Source: a virus (lineage: Duplodnaviria > Caudoviricetes). From it: a DNA stretch of 64,000 bases. A program made the position numbers and the translations under genes. The DNA lies in IMG/VR virus record IMGVR_UViG_3300006120_000019, positions 1 to 64,000 of that record. One strand, given 5' to 3'. Shown here in pieces: positions 9,542-18,684 of the stretch (its first letter is position 1; every line of letters starts with the position of its first letter). Below the pieces are notes generated by a model. The model did no database searches, had not been told where the DNA came from, and was given only the letters and a program-made list of their open reading frames with translations.

Positions 9542-10622
9542 AATTGTGCTGTGTTAAAAATTGAAAAAATCTTTCTGTGAATTCTTGTTTGACCATTGGT
9601 GCTAGTTCTACTAGATGTTGTTGATTGTACTTACATGTAGTATAACATTCTTTGAGGAATTCTGCAAGATCTTGCTGGCATAAATCTTTAACTACGGTAA
9701 CAATTCGATTAAGTCTGTCTCGATTATTGTCAATAAGATCAAACGATTCATCAATCACGTGCCCAAATGTTTTAAATCCTAATTTATGCATGTCTCTATA
9801 AAAGCCGTAATTGGCAGCTGCTATCCAAGGATGCCCAATGGCCACTGGCTTCCAAATTTTTTCTGTTCTAAAACTATAAGGATAGTTAAACACAGTTTCG
9901 CCAACCAAACTAAAATAAGTATCATTGTAAAGTGATGCTTTAAGATAAATTTCGCCCCAACCGCATTTTTCAAATAACTGATTTTTGATATATCTTTGAT
10001 TGTTATCAGTTATATTTTTATTGGCATTGTTAATTTCATACTGTGCTTCTAACAGTTTAAATGGTCCATTGCCAGCATCCAAATTTGACCATATGGCGTT
10101 GTTGAGTTCCGTGCTTAAACTAGATATTAAATATTTTCTATGTTCTCTTGCTCGGCCATTCAAAAATAAAAACTTATAAGGACGAATAGTATTGTATTGT
10201 TCTTGGTAGGTTTGTATTGCAGTTAAATTATCAGTATAATCAAGTACCTTAGGTAAAAATATGTCGTATTGCAACGATGCATACGAATAGTCAGAGGCCC
10301 AATCACCGCCGGTTAGAACCAATATCTTTTTTTGTTGTACCAAATTTAATATATTAGCCTGTAGGCAGTGATTATGTTGTGTTTCGGATCCTTCTGAAGG
10401 GTTGCTAAAGATTACTTTTATTATGTCTTCTGTAACTAATTCAATTATTTTTTTAGAATTTAAAGTAAATTGTTCCCTGCCTATTACATATACTGCACCT
10501 GGTACCAATTTTCCATCAGCTAGATGTTTTGAAAAATTCCAAAATAATTCATCCATCCAGGGTTTTAACTGATCGTACACTTCACAGTGTGTATCTAACA
10601 CTAGTTTAAAATTTTTCTGCAT
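9531..10622 (-). CDS. Glycosyltransferase-like protein (GT-B; GT10/exostosin-like C-terminal motif)
   Basis: FLFLNGRAREHR and YFSLVGET...TEKIWKP...GF.TF..VIDESFD. The ET...TEK segment resembles the GT10 FEN...TEK motif. Confidence 0.55.
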   Translation of the reverse strand: MQKNFKLVLDTHCEVYDQLKPWMDELFWNFSKHLADGKLVPGAVYVIGREQFTLNSKKIIELVTEDIIKVIFSNPSEGSETQHNHCLQANILNLVQQKKILVLTGGDWASDYSYASLQYDIFLPKVLDYTDNLTAIQTYQEQYNTIRPYKFLFLNGRAREHRKYLISSLSTELNNAIWSNLDAGNGPFKLLEAQYEINNANKNITDNNQRYIKNQLFEKCGWGEIYLKASLYNDTYFSLVGETVFNYPYSFRTEKIWKPVAIGHPWIAAANYGFYRDMHKLGFKTFGHVIDESFDLIDNNRDRLNRIVTVVKDLCQQDLAEFLKECYTTCKYNQQHLVELAPMVKQEFTERFFQFLTQHNFDE

Positions 10623-12018
10623 AGTATTTGCACTCGTTCCAAAATTCGTTCATTTCTGGAAATGTCTCTAAGAAGTCAGTTCCGCGTCTACGATCATGTT
10701 CTGCAAAAAATCTGTAAAAATCTGCTTTATTCTTTTTAATATATTCTACATCTAATTGTTGTCCGTCTCTCATCCACGCAATATCTCTGTCTAATCGTTG
10801 CAGTTCAAAGTCTTTGAATCCGTGAAATGGATCTTCCTCAGTTTCTAGTTGTCCCAACATGCATCCCCATAGATGCTCCAGTTGATCAGCGTAGCTTTCT
10901 GGTAACAATTGAAGGCTTTGCCAAGTGGGTTGTTTAAGCAACGGAGTGTCAAACCATATGCGTTGATACGTCTTACTGTAAATTTTTCTCAATCCCAGTA
11001 TGCCAGCCATGAGTTTAGGAAACCCTGTGACTGAAAGATTGTTCATGGTTATGATAAATGTTATGCTATTACGTCCAGGTATTTCGGTTAAGAATTGATT
11101 CACACGATCCCATAGCAAATCAAAATTCAAACCGTGACGAATGTACTCTGCTTGCTCCATCCAAGAATCAAGACTCACGAACTGCATGAAGTGTTCAATC
11201 CGTTCACCTTCGCACAATTGCTTGACTGACTCTTTATATTTTTGCCACAGACTTTCTTCTACGCTAAAGTTACTGGTCACATTTAAGTGCAAGTCTGGTT
11301 TGGGATTGGCCAGCACATAGTCGAACACACGATATGTGTTTTTGTCCATGAGTGGCTCGCCGCCGGTCATGCGAAAATGTTTGAGTTCTGGATACAATGT
11401 GGGCCACCAACGCCAAAATGCTTCTACATAAGGATTGTGTTCTTTTACAGGGATAGGACGATTGCGCCCTGTAAAATGCTCAGGATCATTGTGAGGAATA
11501 CTAGTAGGATATCCACCGTGCCGATCGACTTCAGACTGCCAGGTTGAACTAAACTGCGGACTACAGTAACTGCATGCCAAATTACAAGCATGATTAAAAT
11601 TGACTTCAACATAACTGGGAACGACATCTTCATCTCCTGAGCTGTATTTAATACTTTCAAAATCCGCTGCGGCCCAGGGCTCACCAGATCGGTAATGCCG
11701 GTCACTGAGTTTACCATTGTCTTCCATACTCCAACAATAATGGCATTCGGCGGGCCTCTCTTGTTTTAGCATGATCTTGCGTTGTACTTTTTTATGCCAG
11801 GTATTGTGCAATGCTGACGGATTGATCTCAATGGACTCTGGATCTATTGTGTGCAGAGGCGGATGGTAACAGCTGTTGTTGAGTCCAGTGGGCAAATGCA
11901 GACTAACTTGTTTCCATTTAGCCAAACACAATGCGGGACCTAACTGGTCTTTCATTTGTTCTGCAGAATTTAAAAAAGTTGATTTAGTCATTGTATTGCC
12001 AATTACCCAAATGTTCAT
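10606..12018 (-). CDS. Twitch-domain radical SAM protein (subfamily shared with 6402..7790)
   Basis: CNLACSYC and MTGGEP. N-terminal CLAKW...SCYHP...CHYCW. Confidence 0.92.
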   Translation of the reverse strand: MNIWVIGNTMTKSTFLNSAEQMKDQLGPALCLAKWKQVSLHLPTGLNNSCYHPPLHTIDPESIEINPSALHNTWHKKVQRKIMLKQERPAECHYCWSMEDNGKLSDRHYRSGEPWAAADFESIKYSSGDEDVVPSYVEVNFNHACNLACSYCSPQFSSTWQSEVDRHGGYPTSIPHNDPEHFTGRNRPIPVKEHNPYVEAFWRWWPTLYPELKHFRMTGGEPLMDKNTYRVFDYVLANPKPDLHLNVTSNFSVEESLWQKYKESVKQLCEGERIEHFMQFVSLDSWMEQAEYIRHGLNFDLLWDRVNQFLTEIPGRNSITFIITMNNLSVTGFPKLMAGILGLRKIYSKTYQRIWFDTPLLKQPTWQSLQLLPESYADQLEHLWGCMLGQLETEEDPFHGFKDFELQRLDRDIAWMRDGQQLDVEYIKKNKADFYRFFAEHDRRRGTDFLETFPEMNEFWNECKYYAEKF

Positions 12019-12583
12019 TGACTAGTTCAAGATTAGCAAATATCTGCTCAATAGGATATACATAATTATTTTTTTTAATACCACTTTGCGACAAAATTAA
12101 ATCTTCGTAGTATAAAGTATGATCAACATTGAATGATGTGTCAATGATTTGGTCATTGATAAACGACTCAATATCATCTAGTGTCACTGTCAGTGATCCA
12201 GGTTCTATATAATCTTGCCCATCATGTTGAAAATTATAAATTGCACCAATGTGTTTAAAAAACATCCAACTGGCAAATTGTTTAATTTTATTTCTACGGC
12301 GCAGTGATATAATTATTGTGTGTTTTTTTATTTGTTGAGTTTTTGATAGTGCAAAAAGTTTACCATGTGATTGAACTGCGTGCGCTAATTTTCTTGGATG
12401 TTTGCTATAAAATAATTCAAAATCTTTCCAACATTCGTCGCGTCGTTGATGCATACCTATTTCACCAAAATATTTTACCTGTGGATTTTGTTGGTGTATC
12501 ACTGAGGCAAGTGCATGCGTGCCTGACCGTGGAGATCCTAGTATGAGAATATTTTTATCAGCAAAATCTATATCCATTACCAT
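11984..12583 (-). CDS. Sulfotransferase-like protein
   Basis: LGSPRSGTHALAS loop, LRRRNKIKQFAS and LYYEDL. Paralog of 8939..9541. Confidence 0.7.
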   Translation of the reverse strand: MVMDIDFADKNILILGSPRSGTHALASVIHQQNPQVKYFGEIGMHQRRDECWKDFELFYSKHPRKLAHAVQSHGKLFALSKTQQIKKHTIIISLRRRNKIKQFASWMFFKHIGAIYNFQHDGQDYIEPGSLTVTLDDIESFINDQIIDTSFNVDHTLYYEDLILSQSGIKKNNYVYPIEQIFANLELVNEHLGNWQYND

Positions 12584-13506
12584 CCTTCCTGATTTCTAAT
12601 TACATCAATTTCTCGTATCATGATTCCTTGATTGTGCCAATTTGATCTATAGTGATGTTTAAAAAATTGACTTTCGTTGGCATCTAATCTATTGATGGGT
12701 AAATCAAGTTGTGTGGCCAAATCTTCGGCTACTCTTCCTGCCAGTAATTCAGGATCACTGTTTTTTACTGTTTCCCATAATTTTGCTAGTTCGTCAAAAT
12801 CTTGTACTGATCTATAATCCCATTGTGGAGTAATCATGGTCATATATGTGCCCATTCTGGCGCCAGCAATGGCCCAAATGCCATATTCGATATCGCGTCC
12901 TACATTGTGCCATATGGTCAGATGATCTAAATTTCTACTGTGTACACGATCTTTGAAATTGTTGATACTGGGCCTGCTTCCGCGATCTAGGCACATTTTT
13001 ACCCCTTCACGGAATCCAGCCCTCCATGCATGAAATGCTGATCCATTGGGGTATGTAACACTATAGCAGTCATGCATGGGCCAATACATAGGATCAAAAC
13101 AAAATTCTACTTCAGTTTCTGATCTGCCATCGGAGGCTTCATGAGTACGCATGTTCCACACAAATTCTCGTGTCCACGAACTTATGCCTCCATTACCATA
13201 CATAAGGCCATTGATATGATTACGAGCACGCCATCTGAAAACTGCTTTTTCCCATTGGTCGTCTGGCAGTTCTAGTGTTAGATTAAAAAACTTTTCGTCT
13301 GGCATGTTATCACCGTCGATTATAATAAATCGTTCGGTGTTGCTGGCATCTGCAGCTGCTTTATGTGCTGCGTCTGATCCTTTTATTCCGTCAACACGAC
13401 GAGCCCAAGGAATCATGTTGCGTATTTTTACCCAAAATTCTTCACGGCCCGGTTCGTCATATGATAGATAAATGCAGTCTAAATCTGCTACGTCAATGTG
13501 TTTCAT
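12577..13506 (-). CDS. Glycosyltransferase-like protein (GT-A fold)
   Basis: N-terminal IYLSYDEP, GSDAAHKAAA and FIIIDGDN (DxD-like). Confidence 0.55.
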   Translation of the reverse strand: MKHIDVADLDCIYLSYDEPGREEFWVKIRNMIPWARRVDGIKGSDAAHKAAADASNTERFIIIDGDNMPDEKFFNLTLELPDDQWEKAVFRWRARNHINGLMYGNGGISSWTREFVWNMRTHEASDGRSETEVEFCFDPMYWPMHDCYSVTYPNGSAFHAWRAGFREGVKMCLDRGSRPSINNFKDRVHSRNLDHLTIWHNVGRDIEYGIWAIAGARMGTYMTMITPQWDYRSVQDFDELAKLWETVKNSDPELLAGRVAEDLATQLDLPINRLDANESQFFKHHYRSNWHNQGIMIREIDVIRNQEGW

Positions 13507-13885
13507 CTGTGGCTTTCAATTTCCAATATTGTTTGTGTGTGGTATTAGATATAACCGCAACATCATTAGGGTCACAAGCATGTCCTTGATCACCTGGTAC
13601 TAATTTTTGTACACTAACTGATTTCAAATGGTGTAAACACCCATTAATAACTTGTACTCTCGGAGATCCTGCTGCAAATGTTTCATGATCAATCTCTATG
13701 TAATTACCTGGAACATCTTCCATGCTGTAAAATAAAAATTTACCGTTGCTATCATGGTACAGTCGATAGAATGCAGGCCGTGGTGGGTCTTGTGGTAATG
13801 CCCAGGCAGCCCAAAAATTTTCTGTAGTTTCATTCACAGAATTTCCAATCTTTGACATGGTAATGAAATAATCCCCACTGGGCAA
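13493..13885 (-). CDS. Hypothetical protein
   Basis: ORF in the coupled operon. The start may be the internal Met at about 13858. Confidence 0.7.
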   Translation of the reverse strand: MPSGDYFITMSKIGNSVNETTENFWAAWALPQDPPRPAFYRLYHDSNGKFLFYSMEDVPGNYIEIDHETFAAGSPRVQVINGCLHHLKSVSVQKLVPGDQGHACDPNDVAVISNTTHKQYWKLKATDETH

Positions 13886-14573
13886 CAGTGTTTATTCTAA
13901 GCCCAGGACGAGTATTTTCCCAGACTAGTTCTTGTGTCCAGTCTTCAGTGGCAATGGGATTAATGTATTTTTTCATATGCACGACAGTTGGCCCTAGTCC
14001 TACAGGCAATGTTACACGCTCTGGTCCCATTATAACTGCGGCCACTGCATATACAACATCAGTGGTGGCTTCATCGTCTGGCATTTTCAATAACTTTTTG
14101 TAGTTTTCCCAGTGCATAAAAATAGTTTGCACTAGATTAAAAAATTCTTTTGCAGTAGAACTCACACGCCAATAAGTTATGGCATTGTACACATCTGGTA
14201 GATTATTGTTGTCAAATATTTTTCTGTAGTATCTAGATTTTGCTGGGTTATCATAAAAATCTCTTGCACCTTGACTGATTACAACATCACGATTTTCAAA
14301 CAGTGTCCACCAATGATCAATAGGGCTTGCTAAAATCATGTCGGCTTCTAGTTTAATGGTTTGTCTGTACGGGCTTGCACGAAATACCTGACAGTCATTG
14401 GCATATCCGCCCAGATCACCAAAAGGCAATTGTTCTCGGGTCAATATTGTTATATTTGCGTCCGGGTGCCACTCTCGTATACTGTTAGCCAATTGAGTTG
14501 CACACGCCACGTAATCAGTTGTATCAGAATCTATAGCTGGAATCAAGTATCCACGTTCATGAGTTATTGGCAA
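13830..14573 (-). CDS. Glycosyltransferase-like protein (GT8-like)
   Basis: RGYLIPA...ASPYRQTIKLEADM (DxD variant EAD) and C-terminal FHYHVK. Confidence 0.6.
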   Translation of the reverse strand: MPITHERGYLIPAIDSDTTDYVACATQLANSIREWHPDANITILTREQLPFGDLGGYANDCQVFRASPYRQTIKLEADMILASPIDHWWTLFENRDVVISQGARDFYDNPAKSRYYRKIFDNNNLPDVYNAITYWRVSSTAKEFFNLVQTIFMHWENYKKLLKMPDDEATTDVVYAVAAVIMGPERVTLPVGLGPTVVHMKKYINPIATEDWTQELVWENTRPGLRINTVAQWGLFHYHVKDWKFCE

Positions 14574-15357
14574 TTATTTCTCCAAGATGTTGTTTGCCCA
14601 TGGCATGAAAATCATTTGTTAATGTTATCCATCGATTTTTTTTGTCAGCGGTAATAAAATCAACACGATAAGAATCAGCAGCAGTTTGTGTTAATTTATG
14701 GTCTGGAGTAACTGATGCCAGCTGCCAAGGTATTGCGGGTGTGCTCAGTGCGTGCCCGTCAACAATGTTCATAGCAATACTCAACGCAAAATCGTTACGA
14801 TAAGTAGATTTTGCAATTCCGTACAAATTTCTATAATGTTGCCAATTGTCTCTAATCATCTGCATGGATTCAAAAATTAATTCACTAGATTTACTACGAT
14901 CAAATAACATAACAGTTGCCCAGCTCATTGGCATTTGATGCTGGCCAAAGAAATTGTTATCATCAAATGGTTGCAATCCTGTGACATCATATGCCCAGCG
15001 ATGACAAAGAAAACTTTGATTTATATATAATAACTGGGTTAGTTGATCACTAGCTACCACGTAATCTGCATCAAGCACTAGAGTTTTATCCCAGGGACTT
15101 AGTTCGTAAGCGTTTGATCTATTACCGTTGTACCAGGTAACTGTGGCATTTATATCAGCAAACCAACGTGAATTATGACTATCAGTAGTTGCATACACCA
15201 CTTGTTCAAATTCATAATTTGTTGGAACTGGATGATTGGTTACAACGCAAACTGGAAGATTTAAATGTCTTTGAATATTTTTTGCTGACCAATTGGCCAT
15301 GGCCAAATAATCTATGTGTTCGTTATTATAGGCAAAGATTAGTACACCAGTGGTCAT
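14557..15357 (-). CDS. Glycosyltransferase-like protein (GT8-like)
   Basis: GVLIFAY...LSPWDKTLVLDADY (DxD), RND.ALSIA and HAMGK. Confidence 0.65.
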   Translation of the reverse strand: MTTGVLIFAYNNEHIDYLAMANWSAKNIQRHLNLPVCVVTNHPVPTNYEFEQVVYATTDSHNSRWFADINATVTWYNGNRSNAYELSPWDKTLVLDADYVVASDQLTQLLYINQSFLCHRWAYDVTGLQPFDDNNFFGQHQMPMSWATVMLFDRSKSSELIFESMQMIRDNWQHYRNLYGIAKSTYRNDFALSIAMNIVDGHALSTPAIPWQLASVTPDHKLTQTAADSYRVDFITADKKNRWITLTNDFHAMGKQHLGEIIANNS

Positions 15358-15662
15358 CTATTTTTATTAAGTTCTGTATATTCAACTAGCCAGGCATTCA
15401 TTTGCTCTTGCCAGCGAGCTTGCGCAAGTGCAAATAATTCTTGTGGTACTATCTTTACAGGATTTTTGTAAAGATCTAACAACACTACCGATTCATTTTC
15501 TTTGACTGCGTATAAAAGTGTCAACAGTGCAGGATCTGTTTGCCAGAGCCCTCCTGCATGAGCAAATGTCATTTTGGCTTGATATTTTTCTTGCAGTACC
15601 CGTTTGGCAGCCGCATGGTCAAATCGACTACGACTGTGTGCAATAAGTTCATCTGTGTTCAT
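15354..15662 (-). CDS. Hypothetical protein, first gene of the modification operon
   Basis: ORF just downstream of the hairpin at 15695-15714. Overlaps the next gene (ATGA). Confidence 0.75.
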   Translation of the reverse strand: MNTDELIAHSRSRFDHAAAKRVLQEKYQAKMTFAHAGGLWQTDPALLTLLYAVKENESVVLLDLYKNPVKIVPQELFALAQARWQEQMNAWLVEYTELNKNR

Positions 15663-15694
15663 TATTAAATTGTATACTAAAATTGATCAAAGGT

Positions 15695-15714
15695 AAAGGA
15701 CCCGAAGGTCCTTT
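15695..15714 (-). terminator. Intrinsic terminator-like hairpin with a cUUCGg tetraloop
   Basis: The minus strand reads AAAGGACC-TTCG-GGTCCTTT followed by ACCTTTG. It lies right after the tail-fibre genes. Confidence 0.75.
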
Positions 15715-15736
15715 TGGTAATATTTATTGAGTAGTA

Positions 15737-16729
15737 TTATGCCACAGTGGCTGCCACAGTAGGTGTTCCCCAGGTGTTGGTCAAGTAAGTTGTTTCTGGC
15801 GGATAATATGTGCACAAAACTGCTGGTGCAGTTCCAAATGATGCGCCCACTGGTGCCGTACCACCAGATATCTGTGCAGTAGATCCTGGATTAGTATCTC
15901 CGTTGTCGTACCATGTAGTGGTGTAAGTCAGTGTTGAACCAGAAATACTGGCATTGATCTGTACATAGTTGCTAGAATATGCAGTGCCTGAATCAAATTG
16001 TTTATAAATGGTAACAGGTGTACCAGTTAGTGCATAAACACCAGTAGAGGTTGCCAGGGTAGTTGGTGTACCAGATCCACCAGATTTAGTAGTTCCTGTA
16101 TAACTAGTACTGGCAATAGTTTTGCTTGCAGCTGCACCAGTTTGTATAATTGTGCCTACCACTTTGTTAGCGGTTCCGTTTCCAATAAAATTATTCCATT
16201 CTGTGTCAGCAACTGTACCAGTAGATGTTTTACCAAATTGAAATTGTATATAGCCTCCGGCATTGAAAAAACTGTATAAAGCAGTGGTGTTGGCAAACGT
16301 CACTGTGTGGGTAAATGTTATTGTCCAAGACGAAGAACCAGACCCTGTAGAAGTGTTTTTAGAAGTTGTACCAGTCCATCCTGTATATTGTGATCCTACT
16401 GCATATGCATTATTTTTATTGTTATTTAATGTTGAAATATCGGTGTTGATATTGGATAATGTAGTAATGGTTTGTCCAGCAGTGGGATTGGATCTTGAAG
16501 TTATTGTTGTGCCTTGGTGATTTGCTACAGAAGTTATGGTATTATTTAATGTTGCCCATTGAGTAGCACTCACTGTGCCGCCGCCGGATACAGTAGCAAT
16601 GTTACCTTGCCCGTATCCGCCAGCACTGGTAGCTGTACCCCAGACTGCATTGATATTTGCGCCGGACGTAGTACTTGCAAATCCGTTATAATCTGTTGCC
16701 TGAATCAGCCCACCTGATGAATATGTCAT
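15737..16729 (-). CDS. Tail fibre or baseplate-associated structural protein (T/S/G-rich)
   Basis: Composition rich in beta-forming residues. Follows the tail fibre gene. Confidence 0.65.
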   Translation of the reverse strand: MTYSSGGLIQATDYNGFASTTSGANINAVWGTATSAGGYGQGNIATVSGGGTVSATQWATLNNTITSVANHQGTTITSRSNPTAGQTITTLSNINTDISTLNNNKNNAYAVGSQYTGWTGTTSKNTSTGSGSSSWTITFTHTVTFANTTALYSFFNAGGYIQFQFGKTSTGTVADTEWNNFIGNGTANKVVGTIIQTGAAASKTIASTSYTGTTKSGGSGTPTTLATSTGVYALTGTPVTIYKQFDSGTAYSSNYVQINASISGSTLTYTTTWYDNGDTNPGSTAQISGGTAPVGASFGTAPAVLCTYYPPETTYLTNTWGTPTVAATVA

Positions 16730-16742
16730 TTTCTTTTTCCAA

Positions 16743-18023
16743 TCACGTTATTGTTACTATGGCTTCTACCAAGCCTTCTTCTGTATTTAATTTATCTTGC
16801 AAGGATCTGCCAATTACATTGAAAGAACTGGCTTCTCCTGGGGTAGCTGCTCTAGCATGCCCGTTACCGGCAGATACCAGGCGATCGCCTTTGTGCACTA
16901 TTCCAACACATTTGACAGGAACTCGGCCAGTCATGGCCACTGGAGGATGTGTTGCATCCGTTCCTGCTCTGCCATTCATCAAGTAAGCTGCCTTGGTACT
17001 GATAACACCAAACACAGTGTTGCTAAGATCAGTTTGAGCCATGGTAATTTCTGCTGACCCGCCTAATTCTACTACTGTTCCGGGTTCGTATTCTGTGTCT
17101 GCTGCAAAACGTTCTGCCATGTCAGCGTAATTAGCGTCAATTTGATTGCCACTTATGGTACCATTGGCACCAAAAATTGTCATAACCACTGTAGGAGTGC
17201 CACCTTCATTTACGCTAAAAGTAATATTTCCATTTGTGGTTTGATTGGCAAGTTGTACATTAGTATTGTCGCTGGTTACTCTGAAACTACTATTGACGCC
17301 TACACTTAAACCTGTGTTATTTAATACGCTTACAGTACCAGTAGTAGATGTATTAGCATCACTGCGCATAAACTCTGTACTGGCCAATCCATTCAAAGCT
17401 TGTGAATTTGTAGCGGTTCCCTGAAACAAAGGAACATTAGCTCCTACTATGGTGGCCAGAGTGATACCAGGTCGTATGGTTGTAAACCCACTGATAGCAT
17501 TTTGAGGAGTAAAAGCTGCATCTTGACTTATGATACCCACAATGTCATTGCCGCAATAGAGCTCAATACAGTAATGACTTACACTGCTGTTATCAACTAT
17601 GGTTGCAGGAATAGCTCCTGTGATACCCTGACCGGCAGTGAACTGTGGACCAATCAACAACCATGTAGTACCTGTCCAGACATTAAGTTGTTGGTTGGTA
17701 GTATCAAACCATAAGTCACCTGTACTATTGCTAGAAGGTGCAGTTGCACTAGCAGTAGCCGCACTAATTGTTTTAAAAACTGTACCGTTGTAAATTTTAA
17801 GCACATTATCAGTTTTATCCCACCAAAGTTGACCAGTTAATGGAGCGCCAGGCGGAGTGGTATTGGATCCTGACTCTAACAAACGTATGATATCATCATT
17901 GATAAATTGACCGTAGCCAGCATAATTTTTGCCTACCAAGGTCATAGAACTGGTTGTGTTTATGGTACCGTCGGGTACAGTAGCAAAAACAGCGCCATCA
18001 GTTAAGGTAATTGTATACGACAT
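16743..18023 (-). CDS. Tail fibre protein with a C-terminal chaperone/peptidase-G2-like domain
   Basis: Repeated GQLWWD...LKIYNG and GDLWFD...LNVWTG fibre motifs. C-terminal ADMAERF...PGTVV...GVIST...GRVPVK..G...GDRLVS. Confidence 0.75.
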   Translation of the reverse strand: MSYTITLTDGAVFATVPDGTINTTSSMTLVGKNYAGYGQFINDDIIRLLESGSNTTPPGAPLTGQLWWDKTDNVLKIYNGTVFKTISAATASATAPSSNSTGDLWFDTTNQQLNVWTGTTWLLIGPQFTAGQGITGAIPATIVDNSSVSHYCIELYCGNDIVGIISQDAAFTPQNAISGFTTIRPGITLATIVGANVPLFQGTATNSQALNGLASTEFMRSDANTSTTGTVSVLNNTGLSVGVNSSFRVTSDNTNVQLANQTTNGNITFSVNEGGTPTVVMTIFGANGTISGNQIDANYADMAERFAADTEYEPGTVVELGGSAEITMAQTDLSNTVFGVISTKAAYLMNGRAGTDATHPPVAMTGRVPVKCVGIVHKGDRLVSAGNGHARAATPGEASSFNVIGRSLQDKLNTEEGLVEAIVTIT

Positions 18024-18075
18024 CTTTTCATTTACTCCGTCATTGTGTATTTAGTGCAGATTAATATACACATAT

Positions 18076-18684
18076 TTATGCTGCGCTGAGATTAGTCAAA
18101 GTTTGGATACGCAAGGTATAATCAATTTGTATTTGACGATTTAGACTTTTTTGCACAGGATGGAATATTACATGAGTAATCAGTAGCAAATTAGTCGAGC
18201 TTCCAAACCAACACTTTAATCCCAGTTCATCAAAAACATATTCACCATTAAAATTGGTTGAGTTGTCAAAGGCCTGTTGTCCAGCCGGCTCACCGTAATC
18301 CAATAAACAAGTTACCACAATATCAGTGTATACATTTCCTGATGTGTGCAACACAGTTATATAATTATTGGCAGGATCAGTATCAGCAGCTGAATTGTTA
18401 TCTACTACTTTGTAATAGGTTTCGTTGTAAAGATCAGCATTTTGTCCGGTGGTATTTGGTGGCAGGTAAGTGATAACACCTGTAGGGTCCACTGCACTTC
18501 CGCCGTTGCCAAATGCCATTTGATATATATAGCCTAAATTTTTATCACTCAACATGTTGGCCATACAAATACTGATGTTTTCGTAGTGAATAGCATTTTT
18601 CTTATCAAGTAAGATTTCCCCAGAGTTGGGATCATGTATTTTGACAAAACCTTCTATTTTGGCCAAGCCTGGTTGAATAATCAT
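18076..18684 (-). CDS. Baseplate or tail structural protein
   Basis: MAFGNGG, CLLDYGEP, FDELGL and HPVQKSLNR..QIDYTLRI resemble tail-fibre-attachment proteins. Lies in the structural operon. Confidence 0.6.
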   Translation of the reverse strand: MIIQPGLAKIEGFVKIHDPNSGEILLDKKNAIHYENISICMANMLSDKNLGYIYQMAFGNGGSAVDPTGVITYLPPNTTGQNADLYNETYYKVVDNNSAADTDPANNYITVLHTSGNVYTDIVVTCLLDYGEPAGQQAFDNSTNFNGEYVFDELGLKCWFGSSTNLLLITHVIFHPVQKSLNRQIQIDYTLRIQTLTNLSAA

